Below are positions 1 through 11,010 of a stretch of 64,000 nucleotides of DNA, piece by piece. This DNA is from a virus. Taxonomy: Duplodnaviria > Caudoviricetes. Position 1 is the first letter of the stretch. Every line of letters begins with the position of its first letter. The notes under the pieces were generated by a model that searched no databases, was not told where the DNA came from, and was given only the letters and a program-made list of their open reading frames with translations. Location of the stretch: the IMG/VR virus record IMGVR_UViG_3300029288_000057, positions 160,001 through 224,000 of that record; one strand, given 5' to 3'. The position numbers were made by a program, and so were the translations under genes.

Positions 1-1
1 T

Positions 2-961
2 AATAAAATACAAACTGGAGATACCACTGGTGGGACAAGAAGTATTGTAAACACAAAAGAAATAGACCTTGCCTTTTCTCCAGCACAAGCAATAGAAACA
101 GATGTTTGGGAATTCTATCAACAAAGCGGTGCGTGTTGCCAAGGACAAGTTGGATGTACTCCAGCTCTTTCTTTAAGTTGTTTAACGGTGCCATCTGAAT
201 ATCTTTCCTTTACTTGTGATGATGCATGCCCAGTAAACATAACTGCTATGACTTTAAATCAGTATATAGATTATGTTTATACTAATTCTATTGACCCAAC
301 AAATAGGAAAACCAACGCACAATGTCATACAACATGGAGTTATCCAGAATTAAAAAATATATATTTAACCTATTATTATGCAACATGTCCTCCAGACAAT
401 CACCATTTGACTATGTGCAGACTGGAGTCATATCTTCAATTGCTTGAAATGCAAATGGGAGATTATATATTACAATTAATACCTGCTACTACAATCTTTG
501 ACGATTCCGTCGCTTCTCTATATAAGAATACAGTTTTTCACAGGCAAAGATTTGTTTATAAAGAAGGAGTCGATAAGGGGTCTATGTTTAGAAGAAATTT
601 TCCTGATGAAATTCAACCAGGGGTTGGATATTCTTTTGTGAATACAGCTACAATATGTGTTTTTGCTGGGCACAGCAACCTGTCTAGCGGAGCTTTAGAT
701 ATAACGGGCAATTCCTGGAGGGTCGAAAAGAATATTCCAGCGGGAAATATTTGTCCTTCTGCAAAAAACATTGCCAACAAAACTTCTGGTAGAAAAATTG
801 ACACTATCACAACAAAGAGTGGTGCATTGAGCCCAATTAAAGTGACCTGCAGCATAAATAAAAACAAGTTATCGACAGGAATTGATGCTGTAAATATATC
901 TAATGTTGAGGTAAACGAAATGTCGCAAAATTTAATAAGTGAAGAAATATTTGATTTTTAA
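2..961 (+). CDS. Virion structural protein, 5'-truncated by window edge
   Basis: Frame of the 188..961 ORF is open back to position 2 (NKIQTGDTTGGTRSIVNTKEIDLAF...); lies in the tail/baseplate cluster. Confidence 0.6.
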   Translation, partial: NKIQTGDTTGGTRSIVNTKEIDLAFSPAQAIETDVWEFYQQSGACCQGQVGCTPALSLSCLTVPSEYLSFTCDDACPVNITAMTLNQYIDYVYTNSIDPTNRKTNAQCHTTWSYPELKNIYLTYYYATCPPDNHHLTMCRLESYLQLLEMQMGDYILQLIPATTIFDDSVASLYKNTVFHRQRFVYKEGVDKGSMFRRNFPDEIQPGVGYSFVNTATICVFAGHSNLSSGALDITGNSWRVEKNIPAGNICPSAKNIANKTSGRKIDTITTKSGALSPIKVTCSINKNKLSTGIDAVNISNVEVNEMSQNLISEEIFDF

Positions 962-971
962 AATTTAGAAG

Positions 972-2672
972 ATGCCATTAATATATGACTCAAATAGTAG
1001 AATTTTTATAAAACAGGACTATCAAAAGCATTCTGGGAAAGCATCATGTAGTTCGGAAAGTGCAGTAGAAGCATTTCACACAAATCATTTTGTTAGTGCT
1101 GAACAATTTAATGCAACGCTTTTTGCATTCGATACTCCTTCATACTATACAAAGGGAGGTACCTTAAATTATTATAGCCAAGATTATTGGTCTGTTTACA
1201 CAAACATATCTCGTCCATATATTAAATTTGTATTTACAGCCAATACAAAAAGTTTTGGAACTGGAACAACAATAAAGCATGATGTTTATAAAATCCCTTA
1301 TAAAGATTACAAAAAATATACAGATGAATTAAATAAAAAAGCTGAACAAAACAGTGAGGATTGTAAAATTCAATCTATTGAAGAGGCTAGTGTTGTCGGT
1401 GATGCTGCTACTGCAACTACAAAAAGGATAACATTAACCAGCAATAGAGATAGTGTGGCATCCAAAGTTTTTCCACAAACAGTTTCTTGCGCTGATTCAC
1501 AAGTTTCAAAACAATATAGTGGAATAGAAAGTTTATTAATCAATCCCATTTTAACAGTTACAGCAACTACTTCTGGAATTTCAACTAGTGTTTATGATTT
1601 GTTTTTAGAAGAATATCAAAAAAAGTTTGGAGGATACCAATATCAATTATTTGAGGATTATGCTCAATATTTTATAACAACACAGTTTGAATTTAGCAGA
1701 GAACAGGCGGTGGGATTAGATGAGTTTTATCAATTGGATGATGATAAAAATCTGGTTTCAATTGAATACCAACAATACTATGAGGAGATTACTCCAACCA
1801 ATAGTCACACAATAACTGGTGGAACATTTTCTGGTATCACTGTCCATGGAAATTTCTTTACATATTTTTTAATTCCAAACAAGCCAAAATGGGAAAGTCC
1901 ATATGTAACAGGTTCTCTTAATACTTTTGCCCCAACATTCTTTTGGTCTAACACTGATGATGGAGATAGTTATTTGCTTCAGGTTGTTTATGAATCTGGA
2001 GATTGCCAATCATTTAGTGGCACCGTATATTCTTATCCAATAGAAAAGGACAAAACGAATTTAAGCACTAATGAAATATTAAACTCACCTTCTGGGGATT
2101 GGTCAATAACACAAGAAACAACAGATGTGGTAAGACAATATTCTGTGCCCTTAAAAGTTGGTAAAGACTTTTGGTATAGAATTGCAAACGTTAAAGAATT
2201 GGTAAATATATTTGGTGTAAAACAAAAGGTATACACATTTTCAGATATAAGTGCTGCCACGATTACCTCAACTTCATATAGGTCTAAAGTTTATGTTCAA
2301 GCAGATAGCTCACACATGGAGGATATTTCGGAAATGATTTATCCAGAATACCTAGATGATATTGTTCAGAGTCAATACACTTTAAGTGGAAGTGTTTCTG
2401 GAAGTGTCGTAACAGGAGCTACAATGCAATTGGTTTATCCAAATGGAAATTACGAAACCAAACTGACAGATTCTGTGGGTAATTTCTACTATACAGAATT
2501 GGAAGGAGGGATACATACATTAAACACATTCTATAGGGGCTATTTGCAAGACACTAGAACTATAAATATAACTGCGAATACTGTATGTGATGTAATTTAT
2601 CTTAAATTAATTTGGGGAAATAGATGGGATACATGGGGAGCAATGGGAGATAAAGTTTTTGGTATAGATTAA
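972..2672 (+). CDS. Virion protein with FN3-like and C-terminal carboxypeptidase-regulatory-like (Ig-fold) domains
   Basis: PNKPKWESP..PTFFWS..DSYLLQV..FWYRIAN resembles FN3; YTLSGSV..TDSVGNFYYTELEGGIHTL resembles CarboxypepD_reg. Confidence 0.55.
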   Translation: MPLIYDSNSRIFIKQDYQKHSGKASCSSESAVEAFHTNHFVSAEQFNATLFAFDTPSYYTKGGTLNYYSQDYWSVYTNISRPYIKFVFTANTKSFGTGTTIKHDVYKIPYKDYKKYTDELNKKAEQNSEDCKIQSIEEASVVGDAATATTKRITLTSNRDSVASKVFPQTVSCADSQVSKQYSGIESLLINPILTVTATTSGISTSVYDLFLEEYQKKFGGYQYQLFEDYAQYFITTQFEFSREQAVGLDEFYQLDDDKNLVSIEYQQYYEEITPTNSHTITGGTFSGITVHGNFFTYFLIPNKPKWESPYVTGSLNTFAPTFFWSNTDDGDSYLLQVVYESGDCQSFSGTVYSYPIEKDKTNLSTNEILNSPSGDWSITQETTDVVRQYSVPLKVGKDFWYRIANVKELVNIFGVKQKVYTFSDISAATITSTSYRSKVYVQADSSHMEDISEMIYPEYLDDIVQSQYTLSGSVSGSVVTGATMQLVYPNGNYETKLTDSVGNFYYTELEGGIHTLNTFYRGYLQDTRTINITANTVCDVIYLKLIWGNRWDTWGAMGDKVFGID

Positions 2673-2683
2673 TTTTGTTTAAC

Positions 2684-2691
2684 TATTTATA
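2684..2691 (+). promoter_or_regulatory. Putative phage late promoter TATTTATA
   Basis: 14 nt before ATG 2706; one of about 16 sense-strand copies upstream of genes. Confidence 0.65.
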
Positions 2692-2705
2692 AAAAAAAAT
2701 AAAAA

Positions 2706-3599
2706 ATGAATGGAGAATTAATATTAAGTGCAAGTTCCTTAAATGTGGGAAGGGCAGCCATAAATTATGCATTTAGTGGTGAAGCATCTTTTAATACATT
2801 AAGTGCGCAAACAATGGTGTCTGGTTCCACAAATCTATATGATATATTTGATGTAAAGGGTAGTGAAGATGTAACAAGAGTTCAACCAGGAACAAATATA
2901 TATACTGCGGGAACAGACAACAATCCATCTGTGAATATGTCTGCGGCCACATTGGATTCACTAACAGTAAGTGGAGCAACGTCACTTGGAACATTAAGCG
3001 CTACTACTACCATTTATTCTGCCAACACAGACCTATCTAGCATCTTTGTTGGAGGAAGTGGTACAACAGATTATGTTGCAATATGGAAAGATTCAAAAAA
3101 CTTAAAAGGAGCTTCTGGTTTTACCGCAACAGTTCTTTCTGTACCTCCAGCAATGGCTGGGAAGACACTAGTTTATATAAATGGAGAGATAAGCGCTGGA
3201 ACAATTTATTCTGCAACTACAAATTTGTATGACATATTTGAGCCCAAATCAACCACAGCTCCAGAAACATTTCAAACTCTTACAGACGCTGCAACTATTG
3301 TTTGGGGATATGATTTAGGGCGTAATGCAAAAGTTACACTTGGCGGAGATAGAGATTTAAAAATAACAGGACTTACGGACGGGGCTTGTGGAACACTAAT
3401 AGTAGTTCAAAGCGTTACTGGAAACAATAAATTATTTTTAACTGGGACAACAGGTGTTACAAATAAATTTATAAGTGGCGGAGGTGGAGTTGTTATTTTG
3501 ACTTCTACTGGTTCAGCGGAAGATATACTTTCCTTTGTTTATCACAATTCGACAAATATTTTATATTGGAATATTGGTTACAATTATACTGGACCATAA
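2706..3599 (+). CDS. Tail-fibre/appendage-like Ser/Thr/Gly-rich protein with three internal repeats
   Basis: Repeats TMVSGSTNLYDIF, TIYSANTDLSSIF, TIYSATTNLYDIF; C-terminal LTDAATIVW..TLIVVQ..DILSFVY fibre-tip-like domain. Confidence 0.6.
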   Translation: MNGELILSASSLNVGRAAINYAFSGEASFNTLSAQTMVSGSTNLYDIFDVKGSEDVTRVQPGTNIYTAGTDNNPSVNMSAATLDSLTVSGATSLGTLSATTTIYSANTDLSSIFVGGSGTTDYVAIWKDSKNLKGASGFTATVLSVPPAMAGKTLVYINGEISAGTIYSATTNLYDIFEPKSTTAPETFQTLTDAATIVWGYDLGRNAKVTLGGDRDLKITGLTDGACGTLIVVQSVTGNNKLFLTGTTGVTNKFISGGGGVVILTSTGSAEDILSFVYHNSTNILYWNIGYNYTGP

Positions 3600-3634
3600 C
3601 TTATTAATTATTGATGTGTCTCTTTTACTATTAG

Positions 3635-3663
3635 AAAAAAGCCCCAAACTCTGGGGCTTTTTT
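3635..3663. terminator. Bidirectional intrinsic terminator
   Basis: AAAAAAGCCCC-AAACTCT-GGGGCTTTTTT between convergent genes. Confidence 0.85.
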
Positions 3664-4534
3664 ATTGTGATAAATCGTTGAAGTTTTGATTGTAGTTGAT
3701 AATTGCCCTTTCTTCTTTATAATCAACATTTCCATATTCAAATTGTTTCTTCCTTGTTAATAAATTATATTGTTTATAAAGATTATTATTTTCATCGAAT
3801 ATGGAAAATAGTCCAGTTTCCATATCTCTCGTAGAGTTTCCAAATACACCATAACTTAAAGTCTTAACTGTTTGGTCGACCATTTCTATTTCTAACATAA
3901 CTGGGTCAAAGAATGTGTTAGAAATAAGTATTTTTTGGCCAGCCTTTCCAAGGTCTGCCCTTGCAGTATTCGATATTAAACTAACTTCATCTGGAGTTAA
4001 AGTAAGAAATAATGAGGCGCCATTGTCATTTAAAGTATAACTTGTCGTTGAACCCTGAATTGATTGTGTTGTGTTTTGTGCTGGGCTCACAGGGTCACTA
4101 CCAGTAATGATTTTATGAAAGTTCTTTATTTTTATTCCATTGTCATCGAAATATTCCACTTGATATCCGATTAAGCTTCCAGTTCCCTGAAATTGTAATT
4201 TCGGGATAACGATTCCCTTTCTTGAAATTTGAATTTCTTCGCTTGTTTCTGTTACAATAAAAGAACAGTCTATAATATTTGTCTCAAATGTCTTTGGTTT
4301 TATCAAAACAACATAAAATCCAAGGTCGCTAAAAATTGATGCTGGTAGTTTTAATTTATATGCTCCATCCGCACCAAACATTTTTGTAAAATCACTGTTA
4401 GATATATTAGAAAACAATGGTCTTAATTGATTGTCGGTGACGGTTTCTCTGTTTGGGGAATATGCATAAAGCACATCAACATCATTGTAGTCACAATCGC
4501 AAAGCTTTTTTGTCCCGTATATTCCTATTGCCAT
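3662..4534 (-). CDS. Putative virion structural protein
   Basis: 290 aa ORF in tail cluster with TATTTATA at 4566-4573 (minus strand). Confidence 0.55.
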   Translation of the reverse strand: MAIGIYGTKKLCDCDYNDVDVLYAYSPNRETVTDNQLRPLFSNISNSDFTKMFGADGAYKLKLPASIFSDLGFYVVLIKPKTFETNIIDCSFIVTETSEEIQISRKGIVIPKLQFQGTGSLIGYQVEYFDDNGIKIKNFHKIITGSDPVSPAQNTTQSIQGSTTSYTLNDNGASLFLTLTPDEVSLISNTARADLGKAGQKILISNTFFDPVMLEIEMVDQTVKTLSYGVFGNSTRDMETGLFSIFDENNNLYKQYNLLTRKKQFEYGNVDYKEERAIINYNQNFNDLSQ

Positions 4535-4589
4535 AATTGAAATTTTTTTAAATATATAACTTTTTTATAAATAATTTGAAATTTTAATA

Positions 4590-5630
4590 TCACATTTCTC
4601 CTATTATTACATCAGGTAACGCCACATCAATTGTGTCTCCAGTTAATAAATGAGACACATTGAAGTTTATTGCTATAGCATTAAAATGAGTATCTGACCA
4701 ATATGTATTTTCATTTGTTACAAAATTGGGGTCAATAAAGCACTGAATTAATGAAGGTGTTGCTGCCGATAAAGTAGTTGACGTGGGGGTTGAAGGTGTT
4801 GTGTCGCTTCCTATAACTTTTACAAAAGAGCTGTCAACACTTTTTATATTTGTCTGAGTTGCCGTTTTCAAAAAGTCATAATTTGTTATTAAATCTGCTG
4901 GGTTTTGAGAAAATATTACCCCACTATTAATGGTTTTATAAATAACATTTTCACATGCGTCAAAAGCCATTCTGGCTGTTTGTGTAAATCTTTTCATCAA
5001 AAGAACGTTTATAAAATAATATTCACCTTTTGTTGGAACGTCTACATATCTTTCTTCTGTGTTGTTATTTCTTTCTCCTCTATATATATCTAAAGTTGCA
5101 GCAGTAAAGGGAGCTTTTGCTGGAGAATATGCTGCAATACTCGGAGTCATGCTTGACCAAAAGTAATAATTATGAAAAATGTTTTGTGTGATATATTCAT
5201 ACCCACTTCCATCCATTAATTGATTTCTAACAGCATTGTTAAAAACATCTGGGTTGACTGAATATTCAGAGTTAATTCCTCTTAAGATTGAGGTATTATA
5301 AAAATTATTAAAAGAGTCTGCTAGTTTTTCATCGTCATAATAAATCGCCTTAAATTGTGCTGTGGGAATAAAGTCGTTTGATAATGGGTTGAGCATTAAT
5401 GCATAATTCATTATTGAGGAAGATGATAAAAACGAATAATAAGCTTTGACAACCTTTTGGTTGTTTTCGTTTGAGAGGAAAGACCTTATATTCGAAAAAT
5501 CGACTATTTTATCCTGCTGGCCAGACTCATTTAAATAATAATTGTTCACATATTGCAAATCACTCTGAACTGAAGATGTTGTGCTTCCAGTAAAGAATCT
5601 GTTTTTTAATATGTCGTGAGTTTGTTCCAT
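4590..5630 (-). CDS. Hypothetical (putative structural) protein
   Basis: 346 aa ORF in a tightly packed minus-strand operon. Confidence 0.55.
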   Translation of the reverse strand: MEQTHDILKNRFFTGSTTSSVQSDLQYVNNYYLNESGQQDKIVDFSNIRSFLSNENNQKVVKAYYSFLSSSSIMNYALMLNPLSNDFIPTAQFKAIYYDDEKLADSFNNFYNTSILRGINSEYSVNPDVFNNAVRNQLMDGSGYEYITQNIFHNYYFWSSMTPSIAAYSPAKAPFTAATLDIYRGERNNNTEERYVDVPTKGEYYFINVLLMKRFTQTARMAFDACENVIYKTINSGVIFSQNPADLITNYDFLKTATQTNIKSVDSSFVKVIGSDTTPSTPTSTTLSAATPSLIQCFIDPNFVTNENTYWSDTHFNAIAINFNVSHLLTGDTIDVALPDVIIGEM

Positions 5631-5632
5631 TG

Positions 5633-6139
5633 TTATTTATTTATAGATATTGGGAAAAAATAAGCTTTTGAAACTGCGCTCTCTTTTTTGGGTTGTAATT
5701 TTTCCAATTTTTCCAGTCCATTTTCTTGTTTTTTTTCTCCTGTGATTTCATTTACAGTGGTAGTTACGTCATTTATAAGCACATTGTATCCTAATTCATT
5801 AAACCATGATTTTACGTCCGCAGTTGACGCTGTTGATAAATAACTGTATTGATTTTTTAAATAATTTATCATGACAGGAGTTAAGTCATTTTCATTATTA
5901 ACTTTAATTCTTTTAACCGTGTCAAAAAACCCGAAGTCAATATAATATGGATTAATTGTCTGATTTTTGATTTTGAATATTTTTTCATCCCTTTTTACAT
6001 CAACGTATTCAAAAATTTCACATGTTTTTGTTAAAAAAACATTTATATAATACGCTTCTTCAAGGTGAAGTATATCAACATCTTCAAATTCACGCTTGAG
6101 GAATATTTGTTTTTTTATGTAGTTTTGATTTAAGTTCAT
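5633..6139 (-). CDS. Hypothetical protein
   Basis: 168 aa; shares YYINVFLTK / YFINVLLMK motif with the downstream gene. Confidence 0.55.
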   Translation of the reverse strand: MNLNQNYIKKQIFLKREFEDVDILHLEEAYYINVFLTKTCEIFEYVDVKRDEKIFKIKNQTINPYYIDFGFFDTVKRIKVNNENDLTPVMINYLKNQYSYLSTASTADVKSWFNELGYNVLINDVTTTVNEITGEKKQENGLEKLEKLQPKKESAVSKAYFFPISINK

Positions 6140-6143
6140 GATT

Positions 6144-7631
6144 TTATATATAAACTATTCCTGAATAATATGCGTATATTGTCATATCTGATGTTATGTT
6201 AAAATTGGCTGTTGATGGGTCGTATATTGGTGTCGCTCCTGGGTCTACAGATGTTCCAACATTAACAGTTAAGTGACTGAAATAATAATCGCCCATAAAT
6301 CCATTGTTATTTCCATTAAAGGCAGGCGGCAATGCATCAAAGCTTATTAAAGAGTTTTTATCAACCAATAAATCTATAGAAGAACTCTGTACTGCTCCGT
6401 TGTTTATTTGTACTCCATAAGAAGATGGTGGAGAAAAGACGACACTGTTAAAAGACGAATAGATTTGTGATGAGCTTTGTCCTTGACTATTTTCTGCGAA
6501 CGCTTCAATTTCAAACACTATTTTTAATTTCATTTTCCTCTCAAATCCCGCAATTATAGTTTTTGGAATATCCATCAGTACATCTATGCTTGTATCTGGG
6601 TTTCCATTAACTATTGCTCCATTATATGTAAATCCTGTAAAATTATAATCAGGTATTGGTGTTGCTTTAATGTTAACAATTTGTGTTTGGAAATACATAT
6701 TTCCTACAGATTGTGGATTTAGATTTACTACCCCACAACTGTCTGGAACAATTTCTATGGTGAGCTTATTTACTGGTGTTGGTAATGGACATGAAAATAT
6801 ATCATAAATATCAGGAACTTCATTTGTTCCTGAGTTTGATTGAATATTTCCAGTTGGGGCTCCATTTTGTTCATATACTTCTATTATTGTATTATAATGT
6901 AAAACCCCAGTGTTCTCAATGGCACCAGTGTTTCCATTAAATCCCTGTATACAAGTTGTATCACTTGGATTACCAATCCATTTGGTGTTTAAATTTATAA
7001 AATACAAATTCTTTTTAACCCAATGTTTGTTATAAAAGAAATCAAAATCATTATTAATTTGAGCAACATTTCCATCACAATCTGTTACTGCTTCATTTAA
7101 TCCATATTTTAACTGCTCTACTATCTTCTCCCCAGTTTGACTTATAGTTAAAGTTGTAAAAATTAATTGTTGACTGTCCGTGTATTCGTAACCACTATTG
7201 GAATCTCTCATTTTTAAATATACTGAGCATCCAGTAAATGTGGTGGGGATATTGTCGATGGTATATTTTCCTCTAATTTTATTATATATATTTCTGAATT
7301 GCATATTATTATTAACTATATGTTGAGAATATGCAGTACACAGATAGTCTTCAGAAGATAAAGTTTGTGCGCTTGATATCTGAGATTGATAAACGTCTAT
7401 TCTTATATTGTCACAGTCAAACATATATGAATCTATTATTCCATATATAACAAAGCTTCTACTTTCATTTCTTTGTTTATCATAAAATTTAGTTAAATCA
7501 AAAATGTTATCGTATTTATACGGAATAATCTCCTTGTTGTCTTTTGATAGATTTATGTCAATATAAAAATCTTCGACAGTCCTTGATAAGATGTCCTCGC
7601 TACCTAATAATATTTTTTTTCTTTCGTCCAT
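6144..7631 (-). CDS. Virion protein with InlB B-repeat-like domain
   Basis: CGVVNLNP..YFQTQIVNIKATPIPDYNFTGF..IDVLMDIPKTIIAGF matches the divergent InlB B-repeat pattern. Confidence 0.55.
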   Translation of the reverse strand: MDERKKILLGSEDILSRTVEDFYIDINLSKDNKEIIPYKYDNIFDLTKFYDKQRNESRSFVIYGIIDSYMFDCDNIRIDVYQSQISSAQTLSSEDYLCTAYSQHIVNNNMQFRNIYNKIRGKYTIDNIPTTFTGCSVYLKMRDSNSGYEYTDSQQLIFTTLTISQTGEKIVEQLKYGLNEAVTDCDGNVAQINNDFDFFYNKHWVKKNLYFINLNTKWIGNPSDTTCIQGFNGNTGAIENTGVLHYNTIIEVYEQNGAPTGNIQSNSGTNEVPDIYDIFSCPLPTPVNKLTIEIVPDSCGVVNLNPQSVGNMYFQTQIVNIKATPIPDYNFTGFTYNGAIVNGNPDTSIDVLMDIPKTIIAGFERKMKLKIVFEIEAFAENSQGQSSSQIYSSFNSVVFSPPSSYGVQINNGAVQSSSIDLLVDKNSLISFDALPPAFNGNNNGFMGDYYFSHLTVNVGTSVDPGATPIYDPSTANFNITSDMTIYAYYSGIVYI

Positions 7632-7643
7632 GTCTAAATATTA

Positions 7644-10600
7644 TTAATATCCACAACTTGCCATCTGACACGCTCTAGTACTCCAGAATGGGTCCCAATT
7701 TGTTGCTGCCGCAACTGTTGCTAGTGGCGTATAAGCATATCCGTTATTTGGGTTAAGTCGAGGAGTCTTTGACCAATAAAACTCCATCGCTCCACCAGAA
7801 TTTAATCTATTCGTTGCACCAACAGTTCCCCAAGAAAATGTACTTCCATCTGGATTTTGTCTCATTTCAAGCCTATCTCCAGGATTAAAATACATACCAT
7901 TAATGCTTGGACAATCTCCGTCGTAATGTTCAATATCGTTACTTATTGGGTATCCATTATTTCCATCCCTTTCATAGTATTTAATATTGGCTGCTTTCCA
8001 TATTGTATTAGCATAAAATGTATTTCCATATTGGTAGTCGGAAGCATCAAACAAACAATTTGTATTGCATTTGTCGTTAATGGTTAAATTAACAACCTTT
8101 TGTCCGCTAGAGAATCCATGCCAGGATGCACTTGTGGTAAACTTCAAAGATGTTTTTAAATATTTGTTTGTATTTTGGTCCCACGTATGGTTTCCTTGTG
8201 CTATGAACTCAAATGATGCAAAATTAGTTCGTATTGCACCAGCAGTGTTTATTACACCATATTCAAATTGTATACTTTCACCAACATCTAAGCTACTTGA
8301 TATTAAATTACTGTGAGAATAATCTCTGGCCTGAAATTTCATAACCTCGACACCAGTGTTTTCAACAGTTAATGTTACATGAGAGTCTCCAAAAGAAGGA
8401 AATTGGTCTGGTATCCAAAAGTTTAGTAATTTAACTGGACTTCCAGAGCTGTTTCCAGAATCGTCACTTGTAAAATACATTTCCTCTATGACAAATTTTG
8501 TGTATGTAGGTATAATTGGCTGAGGTATATCATAAGGAACTCTTCCTGAACCTTCTATTATTCTATATATATTTAATTTGTCATTAATTAAAAAGTTTGT
8601 GGTAAGCTTTCCCCCCAAGTCCATTGAAATACTCTTACTATTATTTAAAACGGAGTATGAGTTATATTGTGGAACTTTTGCTTTTAAATGCCACCAAGGT
8701 AACTCTGTTTGTTCTGCAATTGTTGAGAGACCATTTTGCCCAACGTTTGGGTGTGCATTTATATCAACCTGCTTCGGAGAAAACCCAATTAAGCCAGATG
8801 GAATTGGAACTATTCTTGGCATACTTGAGGGAAATAGATAATATCCATATCCAGCCTCTATGCGTTGAAACTCTTCCGCATTTGGTACAGTTGACGTGGC
8901 GCCCACCCCTGTTCCATTGTCTAAATTGTTACAATATCCATTTGTATAACATCCAAAATATTGGTTTTGTCCACCTAAAGTTCCTGCCCCAATTGGTTCG
9001 TATCTATACATGTCAGAATTTTGTACTCCACCAATAACATCCGTTGCAAAATCTGTATATTGTTCTACTGAATACCATGATAATCCCCAACCATTCCATC
9101 CATAATAACCATTGTTTAACCATGAACTTCCAGGCACCAAATCTCCATCTGCAAATCTTGGGGTTTCTATATATTCTCTATTTGGGTCATTATAATAATC
9201 AACGAAATTTTCAATCTTGGGTGGTTTTGGAATAGAATATGATTTTGGATAGTCTTTCGTCCAAGCCTTTTCGTAAGGAAATATGCCCAGTCCAGTGCCT
9301 TTTGCATTATATGAACTAATTGCTGGCTCGTTTATGCTTAAATCAGAAATTTTATCATATAATGAACAATGAAAATGGTCTCTATCATACCACTTCACCC
9401 CTCCTTGATTTTCTAGGGCAAGCCCAGTAGTTCTATAAAAAGACCGTTCTTTTGTCAAAAAAATCTTAAGTTGATATCCACACAACCAAGTTCCTTTTAA
9501 AAAAGTGTTTCCACTTTGTGGCTCTGCAAATTTATCTGTTTTGTAACCGTTGTTATCATATATGTTTGCAGGTAATTTAATTGCATGAAATGCATATGTA
9601 TGGAACAATGCTTTATCTTTAATTTGAGAAAATTCATTTGCCCACTCCCATTGTTGTCCAGAATTTTTATCAACTATATCCTGTATCTCCACCATTTGAA
9701 TTCCTTTTGATGGGTAAACCTCCAATTGTTCTTCAACAGTTAATGCAGACAACTTTTTTTTGTTGTATTTACTCATATCCCTCACTTGAACAGTTAACGG
9801 TGCTCTAGAGATTTTTCTATATGCTGCATCGTCTATGGCATATCCTTGATATGTAATTGGAGGGAATATATAGGTTGCCCATTTTCTTAAATCCAAATTA
9901 ATAGATATATCAACTTCTGTATATCCTGTTTGATATGATTCTCCCCAACTTGGAACTACATCTATTGGAATTGCTCTATAAAAATAATGTGGAATAGTAT
10001 CAATTGATGCGTTCTCAAAATTCGGCGGATAAGGAAAAAAGTTTAATGCAACCTCGTCCTTTGTCAATCCTTGTTTTAACAAGTCAACTTCAAAGAATAA
10101 AATCTGTGGACCGACTTCTATGTTGTGCAATATAAATTCACCGTTTTCATTAGTGTATACGACATTTGTAAATGTTGGATGAAGATTTAATCCGTCTAAT
10201 GGAACTTGTGTTAAAAACTCATTGTCAAATGATGCAGATTCTGAGTTAAAATAATATGTTGCACAATCTGATGGATAAGACTCTTCAGTTGACGTAAGGG
10301 GCCTGTAGTTTAACTTCAATCTATTTCCATCTTTATCTACATCATTAGGGGTTTCAAAATCTGGAGAAGAAACAAAAATTCCAACTGGAACATTCCTTAA
10401 AGGAATTCTCAACCTGTTACCATTTTCGTCTGATATTTTTTGTATAGCTTCTAATTTTCCGAAAACAACTCCAGTTGTAGATTCTCTAATTGTATATTCA
10501 CCAGATACTTTATTATATATGTTTAAAGTATCCAGAATGTCAAATGTTCTTTCGAGCTTAACGCTTGCATACAAATCGTCCAACTCAGTATCTTCAAAGA

Positions 10601-11009
10601 AAACATAAGATGTGGTTCCAGCTGTAAACTGAGCATCCATGGCTTCAACGAAATTACTTGTTATAGTGTCAATTGATGCTTGTGTTAGTTGTGAATCGGA
10701 AACCTGGGAGAATGTCCTTCCTGAAATATAATCAGAATCTGGGAAAAAAGACCCAAACACATAATTCATTTTTATTTCTGAATTATACCAATTCGATTGG
10801 GTGTTTCTTTTCCATAAAATAGTAGAAGGGTCACCAGTCAAAGTCACCCCATCAAAAGTGTTAAGCTCTAGGGGAACTTTTTCTGTGGAACTAATTCTCA
10901 TAACAGCAGGAACTGTCGAAACAGAATAATTGTTTTCGTTAATGTCTGTATTAAAAAAATAAATAGTAGTTCCAGTTCTACTTGCTTTTATTAGAATTTC
11001 CTCTTGCAT
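7644..11009 (-). CDS. Large baseplate/tail-associated protein
   Basis: 1121 aa; GVVFGKL..IPLRNVPVGIF..TNENGEFILHNIEVGPQIL Ig-like module; downstream of the baseplate wedge gene. Confidence 0.6.
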   Translation of the reverse strand: MQEEILIKASRTGTTIYFFNTDINENNYSVSTVPAVMRISSTEKVPLELNTFDGVTLTGDPSTILWKRNTQSNWYNSEIKMNYVFGSFFPDSDYISGRTFSQVSDSQLTQASIDTITSNFVEAMDAQFTAGTTSYVFFEDTELDDLYASVKLERTFDILDTLNIYNKVSGEYTIRESTTGVVFGKLEAIQKISDENGNRLRIPLRNVPVGIFVSSPDFETPNDVDKDGNRLKLNYRPLTSTEESYPSDCATYYFNSESASFDNEFLTQVPLDGLNLHPTFTNVVYTNENGEFILHNIEVGPQILFFEVDLLKQGLTKDEVALNFFPYPPNFENASIDTIPHYFYRAIPIDVVPSWGESYQTGYTEVDISINLDLRKWATYIFPPITYQGYAIDDAAYRKISRAPLTVQVRDMSKYNKKKLSALTVEEQLEVYPSKGIQMVEIQDIVDKNSGQQWEWANEFSQIKDKALFHTYAFHAIKLPANIYDNNGYKTDKFAEPQSGNTFLKGTWLCGYQLKIFLTKERSFYRTTGLALENQGGVKWYDRDHFHCSLYDKISDLSINEPAISSYNAKGTGLGIFPYEKAWTKDYPKSYSIPKPPKIENFVDYYNDPNREYIETPRFADGDLVPGSSWLNNGYYGWNGWGLSWYSVEQYTDFATDVIGGVQNSDMYRYEPIGAGTLGGQNQYFGCYTNGYCNNLDNGTGVGATSTVPNAEEFQRIEAGYGYYLFPSSMPRIVPIPSGLIGFSPKQVDINAHPNVGQNGLSTIAEQTELPWWHLKAKVPQYNSYSVLNNSKSISMDLGGKLTTNFLINDKLNIYRIIEGSGRVPYDIPQPIIPTYTKFVIEEMYFTSDDSGNSSGSPVKLLNFWIPDQFPSFGDSHVTLTVENTGVEVMKFQARDYSHSNLISSSLDVGESIQFEYGVINTAGAIRTNFASFEFIAQGNHTWDQNTNKYLKTSLKFTTSASWHGFSSGQKVVNLTINDKCNTNCLFDASDYQYGNTFYANTIWKAANIKYYERDGNNGYPISNDIEHYDGDCPSINGMYFNPGDRLEMRQNPDGSTFSWGTVGATNRLNSGGAMEFYWSKTPRLNPNNGYAYTPLATVAAATNWDPFWSTRACQMASCGY

Positions 11010-11010
11010 G

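Noticed and set aside
7644-11009. Diversity-generating retroelement target
   Set aside because: No reverse transcriptase or template/variable repeat pair noticed in the window
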